Source of the DNA: Thalia democratica
Taxonomy: Eukaryota
Assembly (NCBI GenBank): GCA_965202585.1
Contig: OZ241828.1
Location: 17,856,001-17,920,000 of the forward strand
Direction: 5' to 3'
Length of the DNA stretch: 64,000 nt
Numbering within the stretch: the first letter of the stretch is position 1; every line of letters starts with the position of its first letter. Position numbers and translations under genes: made by a program. This document shows positions 38,295 through 52,104 of this stretch, one piece after another. The notes beneath the pieces were generated by a model. It worked only from the letters and a program-made list of their open reading frames with translations. It ran no database searches and had not been told where the DNA came from.

Positions 38295-41200
38295 ACTCGT
38301 TTTTCCAATTTATTTTCGGTTTTTTCAAATTTCTTCCAGATTTTTAAGGAACAAACCTTTTTTTCTATTTTACTTTTTAAGTTTAAAGTTTAATTGAATG
38401 TAAGAAAACTGTGTTAAAAAGTATAAAAACATTAAAAAATACTGTAAAGCTACTTTAAATCTATAAATAGTAAACAAATTTTGAGCATGACAAAATGTTT
38501 TATCTATGCAATAGATCTTTTATGACAATCCAAAGTTTTACTACTAAACATCTTAAAACTGTTGAAAGTTCCAGGTTTTTTGATTAAAATTCTAAGTGTT
38601 TTCGGTTTTTTCAAAATTACTCAAATTTAAGATTTTTCCAGTTCCTTTTAGCCTCAATTGTCAAATTACAGGCTATTCAAGGTTTCTTGGTATAAAGCCG
38701 ACCCCGTACTTATTAATTAATTCCTAACAAGACAATTTAATACTTAGTATATAATAACTATAATTAATGTCTTTTGGTTTTATTATTACAAAAGTTGTTT
38801 GGAAGGCTTAAAAATTGTATTAAAAAAAATATCTGTAAATAAACACATTTTGTTTATTTTTATTCGCTAATCCATAGCTACGTCTACAGTAAAACAATTA
38901 TTTGCACACTACTGTGCATTGTGTACATTTTCATAAAAAATAAATGAAACTGATTAACAATGTGCAAAAGTTTATTATAGGGTTTATGAAATGCATCATT
39001 CAATTCTTTTGCTAACAATACCAGTAATATTTTTTTTAAACATTTATATTAAAAGTTGAAAAATTAAAATCTAAAAGTTTTCTACTAGAAACTGCTCTAA
39101 AAAAGGACTATTCTTGAAAATCCTTAAATTAACACTGAAAAACCTCACCTGTAAATTATATTTGTAAGCTTTTATGTGTGAGCAAAAGTTGAAATTTCTT
39201 CATATTTTTGACTACAAACATAGAGTTTACAGCACAGTCCAAAAAGTTAATCAAATCAATTAACCAAAAAAAAATATTAATCAAAGAACTATTAATAAGA
39301 GTTATTTTGTTAAAACTTATATTAGAAATTTTATATCAATTTAGTTATTAATAAATTATTACTAAGTTAAAAATAAAAAAATTATTCATTGAAACCTGCT
39401 GTAGATAACAACAGTTAACTTATCAATACCTCTTAGACAATTACAAAGTTCTGTTTTATATATATCACTTTACTATAGAATTACCTTTAAAAGAAAAAAG
39501 CTGACTTTTCATTTAGTTTCAGTATATCAAGCTAGCCTAAGATTATGAGTAGTTAAAGAAAATGTATATGTAAACTAAGAATTATTATAACTATAACAAA
39601 ATTTAGAAAAAAGTAAAAAAAAAAACCTTTTAGTTAAAGGAAATATCCTGAGTTAATAAGAAATATAAAACTGGCCTGAGTGTTTTAAAATTTTTATACT
39701 AGCCTGATTTATTTTTAAAGTATGTCAATTCTGTATCTAGTTTAAGAAACAACAAAACTTAAAATAAATTAAAGTATTATAAGTATAAGTAAATTAAGTA
39801 AATTCAGTGAAGTTTAGTGTATCTGGAGTTATATTGGTAACAATAATAGTATTTGCATCCTTAACTTTAAAATAGTATCAAGGATGCATATACTAGAGGA
39901 TGCATATTAGAGTATTAGTAAGAAATTACTTTATTTATAACATAACTTATAACTTTAATTTAACTGTTTAAAATGATAAAATATAAAAGAAATAATATTT
40001 TTTAAGTAACAAATTAACAAATTGTGGTCAAAGATTTAAAAACTGTGAAAAGTAAATTAATTTTAAGCGTATGTGCAAACAAAACAACTTAAGATTTTTT
40101 TTTTAATAAAACTAATCTTTTTTTTATTTTATAGCCAACTGAATATTAAAAGTAGTTGGATGGAACTACCGAAACTAATATTTAATAAAAAAAAGATATA
40201 GATCATATTTATATAAAAATATCCTTAGGTCATTCAACAGTGATGTTTTTATAAAAGTCAATTTCAAGTTAGTACTTTGATAAACACTGAGTCATCAATG
40301 TGCAAATGTAAAAGTTCTTTTTAGGGTGCTGACATTCAACATTCAAAAATTTTGTTAATATAACGAATAATGATGGAAAGATAAATTTACGAGGGTTAAA
40401 TCAGCTTTATTAGCATTATTATGAAATATAAAAAAAGTACAAGTTTTAGATCTAATTATTTCCCTTTTCATAAAAGGTAGCAAAAATTTTATTCCAGAGA
40501 ACGGAATTTGAAAATAATTCAAATGCCAATCCAATGGATTTTTATTTTATTAAAGACAAAGGAGAATTCTCTATAATAACTATAAATGTTTTTAGTTAGG
40601 TTTAAAAATAAGGAAAAAAATGAATCTAAAGTTTGAAAATTATTCTAATTAAGCTAAATTAACGCTCGTAATAAATTTTGGATCCTTTGATATTTATCGT
40701 TAAAAAACTAATTTTTATCAAAAATTGCAAAATATAAATGAAATTAATATTCAATGTTTAAACATTTTCAATACTTATCATATAAAAATTGTTAAATATT
40801 TTTTAGACTGTCAAGTTCTTATCTAAAAACAGTGTAAAACATATAAGTCTTAAAATATTTTATTCCGTAATTACAATTTAAAATACATAGTATAATTTTC
40901 ACAGTTTTATAAATCTCGCAACATTAGTGTAAACACACCTTAAAATTTAACAATGCTATTTCGTTTATATATTTATCAGATTACACACTTTTTAGTAATA
41001 AAAATTATTTTTTAGTAAATTAACGTTTTTTCAAACATTATAAAATGTGATTAAACTAGTTGTTTGCTATTGTTAAACAAACAATCGCAAATAGGTTTCA
41101 GCATTGTCAATATTAAAAAGTATTGTGATGTGTCCTACGTTATAATAAAAATTGATCGAGAATCTTGTACTTTTAAAACCTAGACGAAAACTTGTAAACC

Positions 41201-42675
41201 TTGAGAAAATTTTCCATAATCCAGTGGCTATCCTGTTTAAATTTGTTGATTAAACTTATTTTGCTTTTTTTTTTCTTTTTTTTTAATATTTTTATTGTGT
41301 AGACACTAGAAATTATTAAAAATTCTAGCTAATTTTTTTTTAGTATTTTCATATTATATAAAGAAGTAGGATAGTTCATTTACTTAAAAGCTAGCTAACT
41401 AACTTTTAAATAAATAAAAAAGATGCAAGTTCTTTTAAAGTTAATTTTTCAATTTTTTTTTTTAGTTTATTTTCTATATTTTGAACTATTTCTTTACCAA
41501 TATGTTTCAGTACATTAGTACTTGTATTTTTAAAAAAAATTTGTAAAATTTAAAGAAAAATATCTTATTCTGAAAATTTTTAGAAATCTATATAATTGAT
41601 CTAACTCTAACCTTTCAGGAATGAAGCAACTTTATCATTAAGATTAACGTTTTTGTGTTATTACTTTAAATAAATTTGTTTTGTTTTTCATTTTTTCGTG
41701 TTGTTTTGAAGGAGCAGCCCATTCTTTGTTAAAACAGGATTAGCAACAAATATAAAAAATAAGTTCAAAATAAACTAGGTATATAAACAACAAATTATTA
41801 CAAAAATTTAAGATATTGTTTTTGAACTAAAATAAATAACTCAACAAAACATATAAACTAGGTTTATTAAAAAAATGTTGCAGCCTAGCTAGTGTATTTT
41901 TTAAACTATCACAGGTCATTTTAATAACTTAATTTTGTAAATTGTTTAAATACTGCAATGTACATTTCTATATCTTGTGTTAATTCTAATAAGTATGTAT
42001 TTTTTAAAATTAAATGTCCATTTGGTTAAGTACAGTAAGTATTTAGTTGGATTAGCAGTTTTTAAATTAATACATAAATAACAATTTCTAGATTTTTGTT
42101 TATAAAAAAAGTTTTATTTAATCAGATTTTGGGATATATGCAACTTTTGTGACTAAACTTATGCTTAGGTCTCTGTATAATTTTTAGCAAAACTTAGGTA
42201 ACTTTAATATTCTTCAAAAATCTTAGAATATTCTTAATGTCTGTAACGTTATTGATCTATTTTACCTATTAGAAGCTTAGGGCAGCTTGTTTTTATCAAA
42301 ACAAATCAAATAGTTTTTACATAATATTGAAAACTATAAAGATGACTGTGTTTTATTTTAATTTTCTAACTAATAGAAAGCTCGTAAGGTTTGTAAATGT
42401 TGCATTTAGCAAACAAAACGTAACAATAGTTTTTATAGTTACCAAATATTTTTGTAACCTGCTTTTTATTTACAAAAAAAGGATTTAAGTTTTAATATTA
42501 ACTATCTAACAAAATATTAACACACAAAGATTATTTAACTAGTTTAAATAATGTCTTACAAAACAATAAGAGTTTTTATTTATTACTCAGCATGAGCTTT
42601 TGAAAAAAGCGCATAAACATTATGTTTACTCTATCATTAAATTTATAGTTATTTAGCTTTCTAAAATTTTAAAGC

Positions 42676-42808
42676 TTTGCGTGAATGAAATAACAGATCA
42701 TTCGCTCGCTAAAAACATGAAGCAGCTAGGCAAGTATTAATGTTATCATCGCTCAACAAATTCATACCTAATTTAAGTTTTAGTTTGTGACAATATTTAG
42801 TGGCGTCT
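42676..42808 (+). promoter_or_regulatory. Bipartite element copy
   Basis: TTTGCGTGAATGAAATAACAGATCATTCGCTCGCTAAAAA; TGGCGTCT at 42801; spacing 105. Confidence 0.5.
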
Positions 42809-44272
42809 ATCGGCCATTATGCTATTTTATCTAAATTTTACTTATACTAAATCAAATTGATAAATAAAAGTTCTTAAATCTAAAACTTCAAATAATATAT
42901 TTCTTTTTCTATTTCCGTTATAATATCAAAAGAAGCTTCCGATTAAAAAAAGTAAAGTAAAATAACAGAAACTACAGACGTTCCTTACCTTTTGTTAAAT
43001 TGTATAAAAAAGTATTAAGAAATTGTAACTAACTTAAAATCATAAAAAAAGACGTTATCTTTTTAGCTGTAATTTTAAATTTTAATAAATAAAAATTGTC
43101 CAAGTAGCTATGACTTTTGTAACTTTAATACCTACAAAGTTCTAACTAAAATTCTATATTTATTTAGTTTTTTTAGTAGCGTAAACAAGTATACTTATAT
43201 ATATTTTAGTTTCTTTACTATATCATGAATTTATGTTATACATATAACAAAATTTATTCAACTAACAACAAAATTTTATAAATAGATACTTAAACTAATT
43301 TTAAATGACTAAACCTAAATTTTAATTTTAAACAAATAACTAATTTTCAACTTCACAACTTATGTAGTTATATAAGTTTATTACTTAAAATACAGATATA
43401 ATCAATGTAGTTAATATTTTTTAAGTGAATGCATTATACGTAGCATTTTATTTTTTGTTGTTTATATAGTTTAGAAATTGGAAATTTTGGCAAAAGAAAT
43501 AATTTAACGGCTAAGTTTGTTTGGTCTAACTCTACTGTTTATTGCCTGATTAGCAAAAGTTTCATAAAATTGTTTTTTTCGATGACTGTTTAATTTTTTT
43601 TTCATAAGTTTTATTGAATATCAGTTAAGTTTTATAGACTTAATATTTTTTTAGAAAATGGTTGTATTATTTAAACTTAATTATTTTCAACAGAGCTCAC
43701 TTGAAGAGGCTTAAAAAAAACAATTTATATATAAAATTCAGTTAAAAAAATCTAGAACGTACGTTGCACAAAACAAAATAAAGCTTTTAATCTTAAAGCT
43801 AGTACGATTTGAATTAAATAGCTCTTTGCTAAACAATGATACAAAAGTTGTACAAAGAAAAATTAACTTAATTATAAGACCAATATTTAGTAGAAATATT
43901 CAATACAAAAATCAATCTCGAACTTAATAAACAACAAAAATTCACAAAAGTACAATTAAGTGACTTTAAAATACTTTGAAGCATTCTCAAATATTTTAGT
44001 AATTGCTATGTAGGTGATCTCTTTAAAACAAACTAAAAACATACAACAAAAAAAAACATTTATAAAGATACTAAATCAAATATTTTTTTATAATTTGATA
44101 TTTATCTTTCAAAAGTACAAATTATTATCCTACAAGTACTACTATGTTGTTCTTAGGTAATTAAATTTCATAATCTCTATATGTGTTCGCAACTAATGGT
44201 AAAATTGTTATTCATTAGAAAAATAAAACTAAATCATTTATTATATTCAAAGATAAACATTGTTATTATAAT

Positions 44273-44404
44273 TTTTACGAGAATGATTTTTGATCTATTT
44301 CTCGCTACAAAATAAGATGCTAGCCTCATCGTACTGACTACAAATGTTAGTTTGATATATTTATAAAACTAAAGTATCAGTTTGTAAGTTATACAATAAC
44401 GTCA
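44273..44404 (+). promoter_or_regulatory. Bipartite element copy
   Basis: TTTTACGAGAATGATTTTTGATCTATTTCTCGCTACAAAA; TAACGTCA at 44397; spacing 105. Confidence 0.55.
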
Positions 44405-44907
44405 GTTGAATTGTAATTGTTTTTATGAAAATTTAATAAATTTTCTATTGACTGATTACTCTACTTACTAGTTTTACAAGTTACAGCTAAACATTTTTAT
44501 AAAAAAAATGTTATGTTGTATAAATCTAACTTTAGTTTTATGTTCCATATCAGTATAATTATTTAAAGTAAAAATAAGCCTTAAGAAATAAAAAGCAGTT
44601 ATCTTTTCTATAGATTAAAATAACTAAGTTGCTAAAGCATAAAAACTCACAAAAACAAATTTATCATGTTTTTGAATTTTTTTGCTCATTGATATTTTCA
44701 TAAATAGATTTAAAATGGTTTTTAACTTAAAGTGCATCTAGTTTGTACGGCCTCAATTTTACATAGGTCGTCAATTTCACACAGAGTCATATTTTACAGA
44801 GTTACTTTTGACCGAGTGGTCACTTTGTATGAAGTTTTATTTTTGCACGGTATATATAATGCAGTTGATGAAATTAACGTTATTAACTTTAACTAAAATT
44901 GTTAAAT

Positions 44908-44956
44908 ACTTATTGACCGTCAGGCGATCAACTTATTGCCTGACGGTCAATGAAGT
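44908..44956. other. Isolated GC-rich perfect inverted repeat (14-bp stem, extendable to ~21 bp)
   Basis: ATTGACCGTCAGGC (44912-44925), 12-nt loop, GCCTGACGGTCAAT (44938-44951). Confidence 0.85.
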
Positions 44957-45270
44957 TTCAAAAAGTGACATTTTTTCATTTGATAAAAAAAAATGATTGA
45001 CACTAAAATTTCAGGTTACTTAATTTTCAGGTGTTAAAACTTTTAAATTCAAATTTAACTTATTTGAACTCGTTCATTATTTTTTTATAACTTATTGCGA
45101 GAGTCATGTAGGAGATTGGTTTTAAGTTTACAATATTTACTTATTTAGAATATCGCTGATACCTACTTCAGTTCATCTACTTGAGTTCAAAACTAGTACT
45201 TGTGTTTTTTTATATTTTGTACTAAAATAAGTACAAGCGCGGTTTTAGTTTTATCAACTGAAAAAACAAC

Positions 45271-45402
45271 TTTGCGAAATGATTTATAAGATCAATTGCC
45301 TGATACAAATTTTAAAACAAAACACTAAGTTCAAAATTGAGTTTAACTTTTAATTTATATTTTAGATTTAAATTTTAATTTGTGTGTTTTTGAATAACGT
45401 CA
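45271..45402 (+). promoter_or_regulatory. Bipartite element copy
   Basis: TTTGCGAAATGATTTATAAGATCAATTGCCTGATACAAA; TTTGTGTGTTTTTGAATAACGTCA; spacing 105. Confidence 0.5.
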
Positions 45403-46552
45403 TAATTTATTTTAATAAAACGAAAGTTAAACTATTAACTTTGATTTTAAAAACTATGACAATTTTATATATGATTTAAAAGATAAAACACTAATAAATT
45501 TCAATTATCAAAAATTAGATAGTCGCAATTAGTGTTTACAGTGCAAACTTACAAAATACATTATCGTATTTTGTACTAAACAACAAAAAAAAACCATTTA
45601 ATTTATTAACATATGAACAGTTAGTTAAATATTACTGTAATAACAAAAAAAAACAATTTGCACTAGTACTTCATTTGTTCACGATAATGAAAATTTCTCT
45701 GTGTTAGTTTTTTGATAACGAAGTTATTCGTTTATGCATTGTAGCGAAGCTTTCCAGAAAATATTGTTTGTTTAGAAAATGATCTTATTACGATCTTAAA
45801 TGCCAAATATTGGCATGTCAGTTCTGAAAATTTCTATCGCAAAAATATAATTAAAACACTAACAAACTCTCGTATACTCTTAAAATAAATGTTCGATTAA
45901 CTAAAACTGAAACTTACCGTTACTGTAAAAAAATGTATTTAAGTAAAAAAAAAATCATATTAAGCTGATGAATTTCTTTGTTAAGTTTAAATTTGAACTT
46001 TAACTAAAATGCTATTTGATGAACAAAGTTACAACAGATAACTAAACAAACAAATAATCTCTACTTTTATAATATTTAAGTAGTTTAAGTGTAATTGTAG
46101 TTAAAGCCTTAACTATTGATAAACATACAAACATCATTTAATAGTTATGTTATTTAATAATTATTTCACTGCGTACCTTTGCATTTTTTAATCTAAAAAA
46201 GACTATTAAATTGAGTTTAAACTATTTGGACTAGCGATCATCAAATAAGTGACGAACAATGAACTTAAAAGACTAAGAAATGATTGAGCTTAAATTCCAT
46301 GTTAATTAATTTGCAGTTGTTAAAACTTTGAAAGCTTTAATTTTATTTAATTTGAACCCACCCATTATCGTTTTATATCCGATAATTTTTTTCGAGAGAT
46401 TTGTAGAAAATAAATATAAATTTACAGTCTATATTTATTTACAATAACCTTGATATATTTACTAAAAAATCTAAAAAAAAAATGGATTTTTTTATAATCT
46501 GTACTAAAATAAATACACGCACGCTGTATATTTTGTATTTTTACTGATAACA

Positions 46553-46685
46553 TTTTGCAACAACAATTTAAAAGATCGAATGTTGCTAAAATACTGTAAA
46601 GAAAAATGGATATTATAAAATTAAGTTTCCCTAATATTTCTTTTCTGGATTTTAACTATAATTTGTGTGGTTTAGAATAACGTCA
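46553..46685 (+). promoter_or_regulatory. Bipartite element copy (degenerate Box1)
   Basis: TTTTGCAACAACAATTTAAAAGATCGAATGTTGCTAAAA; TTTGTGTGGTTTAGAATAACGTCA; spacing 104. Confidence 0.45.
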
Positions 46686-47062
46686 TGTTGTATCTATGTA
46701 GAACTTAAGAAAATTTGATGATATTTTATTCAAAAAATATTTTACAAAACACATATGCAAGAATTTTTAGATTATTTTGATTAAATGAATAGAAAAGTTT
46801 TTTTTTATTAAAAATCTAAAATCTAAGTACTCGTGGCAAAACGTTTTCAAACTTAATAGCTAGTTATGACCTATTATAAATTTAAAACTGGTAAATAAGA
46901 AGTAAATAAAACCTTAAAATCTGACTATTTAAGATTGCAACTTATAACACAAGTTCGTTGTTAAACTTAAAAAATAAAAAAAAATTATTATAAATTTAAT
47001 GGAAAAAGCAAAAAATCTGAAATAAACGAAAAACTTCTTTTTTTTTTTTGACTTGATGGAAC

Positions 47063-47098
47063 AAGAGCTCCAGTGGGCCACCCTACGCGACGCCCCTG
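47063..47098 (-). mobile_element. Solo hAT-type MITE terminus
   Basis: GGGCCACCCTACGCGACGCCCCTG; the reverse complement CAGGGGCGTCGCGTAGGG resembles CAGGGGCGT-type hAT termini. No partner end found. Confidence 0.45.
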
Positions 47099-47493
47099 AC
47101 GCACTTTTTCAAGGTTATTAAACAGATTACATAAAAATTATTATCATGATATAAAAGCTTATCAGTTTATTTTTTTACATAAATAAAAGTTTTAACTAAT
47201 TTATTTGTCCGTTGTTTAATTTTCAGTCAGAACTTAATGAAACTTATATCAATCACATCGCTAAGATATCTAAAAAAAAAGATGATTTAGTAGGAAGCAA
47301 CTTTTCAATTCTGCATTAAATATAATAGACTATGAAAGTCATTAGCCAAATATTAGTGAAACGCTCAGACAAAGTTAGAGATTATAATTTAATGGTAATA
47401 CGTTAAGAACAAACGTTTAGTTGGTAGAAACGAAGTTTCATTGCTAAATTGCTTTTCAGGCACAATAGTAAACCGACAATTTTGTTGCAGCTG

Positions 47494-47521
47494 GGCGCTT
47501 TGGCAAGCGCCTGCTACTTAG
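47494..47521 (+). mobile_element. Possible Helitron 3' end (GC hairpin followed by a CTAG-like sequence)
   Basis: GGCGCTT-TGGC-AAGCGCC then TGCTACTTAG; terminal CTRR is imperfect. Confidence 0.3.
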
Positions 47522-49709
47522 AAGCTTGAAATGGCAACGACTTTACTAAATTTAAACGCTGATGATCATTACCGTGACAATGATTACTTCATATTGAGTT
47601 TTAAGTGGAAAGGCCGTTAATTGTCGGATATGTTTCATTTTTTAAATTAAAAATAAATCATAATATGTTTTTACTAAAGCAGTATAAAGATAATTATTAA
47701 AATAAAAACTACTACATTTTTCGCATTAAGATTTACAATTGGCAGAAGTTAATGTTTTAAATGATTACAACTTCAACACAAAGAGTAATTTGCTAAAACT
47801 ACTTGATTTTTATGATGTTTTTACCAAAGCCATACATCTTTGTATCTTTTTATTTAAAATGATTAGACAAAAAAAAAGCCCAAAAGAAAAAATATACTAT
47901 AAATAAAAACAAACTGAAAATTACGTAAGTATTTAAATTTAATATCAAATTAAATAATAAATATTTTAATATATAATTTAATAGTTTTTTGTGTTTAAAA
48001 TTTTATTTCAAATTTTAGTAAGATAGTTTTTAAGTGTAGTTAAAATTAGAATTTTGAATCATACTGATAAGTGTAACATAATAGCTGTTGAGAATATAAA
48101 TGAAAAATAAGTAATAACAAAATTATAACTTTACATTTTCTCATCGATTGTCCGGCTCCTGTTAATCTAAATGAAGTTAAATGAATAAAAACAATCAGTA
48201 ATTAAAAGTGGCTTCATAAACTTATAAAAATTGATATTGATACTAGATATTAAATATAACACAAAAGCTGCAACTAGTTGAACTAGTTCTTGTGATAATG
48301 ATTTTTCTTTTATAAACACTAACTCGGTTCTCTTTTGCAGGCGCATGTAATCTATTTTACAGGTTTGTTTATATGTACCTACTTGACATTAATATCTAAT
48401 AACTATATATTTCTTCCAAATTTTTTCATCAATGACGTTGTCCTATGAGCTGTATCCAAGTGGTGTATGACACGATAACCGCAAGGTTTGTTTATACCCC
48501 AGCTCTTAGTACTAAATAGTAAAATAATAAATATTAAATATAATATTAAACACATAAGAGAATATGTTATAAAGCTATTATAGAATCAAACAGTGTTTAC
48601 ATTTTAATTATAAAAATTAAACAATTTTAGTGTCTAAACAATAGTTATGAACTAAAGTAGAATTAAATTAATTTTAATGCTAAGTATTGGTAACAAACTA
48701 TAGATTAAGTCTGGTACCTCAAAAAAACAATTTTTTGTTTTTCTCTTTGGATAAAATATAAAAAAATAAATTGTTATATAGAATTACATTAAACAAAAAG
48801 TAACCAATTTTAAACTTTAATCGATGTTGCATTGTTTGATACGATTGTCAGCCAATAGTGTTCTTCATGTGTTTCTATGGTAATTAATATTTACCAGTTA
48901 CGTTAAAAAAACAGTTAAACAAATTATTTGATTTAATTTAATCGCACTTTTTATTATACTAAAAGAACCTTTTGCTTCAATTCAAACTTAATAATGCTTT
49001 ATACTATATGACTGTTACATAAGATACTCATTTTACAAACTTTTACAGTAAAGTCAGATGGTTTAATCAGTATAAATCGGATCAATTATATAAATATCAA
49101 AAAATAATAGTTCAATAGATTTAATATTACATAAAAATGTTAACAAAAATAAATTCTAAAATAGGCTATATTAGCAATTTATAACTAATTTATAATACTT
49201 GTAAAAAATACTTTGCTTCAATCGCCCATTAAAGTTTAATATTGAAAATATCTAAACAATGAAATTTTATAAGTTTTTGAGGTTTTTAAAATTTTATGAT
49301 TATTATATTTAACAAAAAACGTTATATATAAAATGCTTACATATTTAAGAATAAATAATTAACTAAATCTCTAAGTTTTTTTACTCTATAAGTTTTAACT
49401 TTAAAACGTTCAAGTTTTAATGATTGGTTAAACAATTTTGTAGTTGTAGTCAAACAAAAATGAAATAATAGTTTTATATACTTAATTTAATACAAAATTA
49501 TATATAGCACTTGGTATCAGAAGAAAGTCTAAAACTTTTTTTTAATTACTTTCGCCAATGATTTTTCTTTCCATAGAAATATTATTTTTAGTCCTCAAAA
49601 TTTAATTTTTTTTCACACAATGATGTAATAATACAAACGGTTAACTCGACATTTAAGTAACTATCGTAATATAATATTCATAAATTTAATTTAATAATTT
49701 ATACTTAGG

Positions 49710-49874
49710 TTTACAAGAATGATACAACAGATCAATTTCTCGCTACAAAACTTTTTAATAAGATTTTTAAGTAAATAAATAATATGCACGAATTTTATAA
49801 AAATATTTAATCAAAATAACACAAAATATAAACCATTTTGTGTCAAAAATTTCTGTGTGTCTTAAATGACGTCA
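49710..49874 (+). promoter_or_regulatory. Bipartite element copy (long spacer)
   Basis: TTTACAAGAATGATACAACAGATCAATTTCTCGCTACAAAA; TGTGTGTCTTAAATGACGTCA at 49867; spacing 137. Confidence 0.5.
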
Positions 49875-50156
49875 TTTTGGGCATAAAATCTCTTATCAAC
49901 CAATAAATAGTAAAATTATTTTATACTAAAGTTAATAAAAGTTTATATGCAGCTTGTTCTAAGATAATTGAAAAGTATGAAAGATGTAACATTATATTAA
50001 AAAGAGTTTTTGCTTTTTTTACAATATTTAAATGCTAACTTGACTACCTTCAACACTTATCAATGAAAATAAAGTTATTTTTATAAGTTAAATAAAGTTG
50101 TTTTGATGATGATTTTTGGTTTTTTTATTGAATTTAATCATTTTTTAAGCACTCAC

Positions 50157-50291
50157 TTACGTCAAATATTAACACAAAAGTTAAAGCTTCATTATTTTGT
50201 TTATATAAAATCAGAATTGTTGAAATTGCAAAGCTTCTGTGTTTATTCTAATTTATAACGAGAATTTTATCTTTTGTATTATTCTCGTAAA
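50157..50291 (-). promoter_or_regulatory. Bipartite element copy
   Basis: TTACGTCA at 50157; ATAACGAGAATTTTATCTTTTGTATTATTCTCGTAAA; spacing 107. Confidence 0.5.
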
Positions 50292-51672
50292 TTAATAATC
50301 TGAAGTCTTTTTAGTATAAAATAAAATTACATTGTCTACTTTAAAAGCCGTTTTTTGTTTTGACGGCTATAGCAAAAACCTTTTTTTTGTAAAATTTTTC
50401 AATTTTTTCTAAACAACAGATTCGTTTATAGAATTTTTTTTTAGGAACAACACTAAATACTATGCACTTAATGAATATAAGCTGTAAATTAGTATAAAGT
50501 TAAATATAAATTATAGTGACAATACTTCTACAAGATATACTTTTCTATAAATTAAATGTTTAAAGTATTTAAATTGTATAAAAATACAATTTTATTATTT
50601 ACTGTGCACTCCTTTTGTACACAACCAAAAAAAAAAAGAATTAAGTTTATTTTTTTAATAAGTATAACATAAAAATTTATTGAATCCAAGTACTTATAAC
50701 ACTTTTTCTTAGTTCACCAGTTGCTATTGTTAAAAGAAGTATTTTAAATAAACTAAAATAAAAAACATTGCTAGAGATTAATATGCCTTTTTCACATTTT
50801 TAAAGTAGAGCAGTAAAAGTTTTTGATGGTTTTAAAATGTTATACAGTGACGACTTATAACGAAAATAACCAAATTGTAGCAAATTAAAATCAAATTAAG
50901 ACAAAGTAAGTTCAGCGAGTCACATTTACATGCTCCCAGGCTGCAGAATTTTCTTTCACCGTTTTTATTCAACTAAAGAATTAAGTTTTTGTTTACTAGA
51001 AAAGAATAGTACATTACATATTAAGATTTTGTATTCTGTTTTTAAGCTAGTTTCAATTTATTTGTATTTCAAAGATTTTGATATACCTGAGAAATTTTAG
51101 AGAGTTATCTAGTAGAGAGCTATAATATATTTAATTTCTTTTATTAAACTCTTCTACACAAAATACTCTACTATTGCAAACAAAAAATATTATGCAACCC
51201 AACTGAAACAATCTAAAGAATTGTATTAAACTATATAGTTACTTGTCTCAACTAATTTTTCGAAGTTTACTGTAGTATAAGCTTATTTAAATAATGATAT
51301 TGGTTCAAATTATATATTTTTTTTATTAGGTTTTCATGGAAAAATAATTTAAAACTTGTTAAGTCTGATTTACTATTTTATTATACTTAATAAAGTCGGA
51401 TTTTTTTTGAACCGTAACCTGGTAGTAAATAAAATATTAAATTTGTACCTAAATTATTTTTTATACTTTTAACTATAAAAATTTTACAACTGAAATAAAT
51501 GTAGAAAATCGCTAATAAAAAATATATGTTAAAACTTTGTTATTTTAAAACTAACACTTCTATAATTCAATGTTGAGTTAAAAGTTTAAATATAATGTAA
51601 ATTAATATAAACTAACTACAATTTGCAACTCAACGTGAACTTATAAAAAAATCTAGAAAATCAATTCAGAAA

Positions 51673-52104
51673 ATGGAGGGAAATGATAGAAATAGGAGAG
51701 AATACTTGGGTTTCGTGGTCTTTGATTCGTAGTGATGCAGAAACGTAAAAAACATTTTTTGAGTTGAAAGTTTTAATGCAAATAAATTATGAAGATGTCA
51801 CAGTATTGGATACTGATAATTTTCAAAATCAAAAATAAGAGCTTTAACTGCTGATTAAAGAGCAAGAACAGCTTCAAGATCAACTGAACCAGGAGTATAA
51901 TATTTTTTTAAATTATCTTTTATGAAACAATTCAAGTTAAACGAAAACTAGATATTAATATGTCTGACATAGACGATGAGGAACAATTGATTCTTTTTTA
52001 TCAGAAATTGAACCTTCAAAGAGGATTGACTCGTGAAAGAATTCAGCAATTTAAACAATTTACAGCTGACTAGTCATTTGTTGGTGATCAGTGTGTAATG
52101 CTTA
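51673..52104 (+). pseudogene. Decayed intronless gene: coiled-coil/acidic region leading into the start of a RING-H2-type zinc finger, truncated at the first CxxC
   Basis: Reconstructed across stops and frameshifts: MEGNDRNRREYLGFVV..LIRSDAET*KTFFELKVLMQINYEDVTVLDTDNFQNQK*EL*LLIKEQEQLQDQLNQEY..YETIQVKRKLDINMSDIDDEEQLILFYQKLNLQRGLTRERIQQFKQFTAD*SFVGDQCV(I)C. Purine-rich, codon-like composition against an AT background. Confidence 0.65.

Noticed and set aside
39854-39910. TGCATCCTT/AAGGATGCA inverted repeat followed by CTAG as a Helitron end
   Set aside because: The 17-nt AT loop and spacing do not fit the short GC hairpin of Helitron 3' ends.
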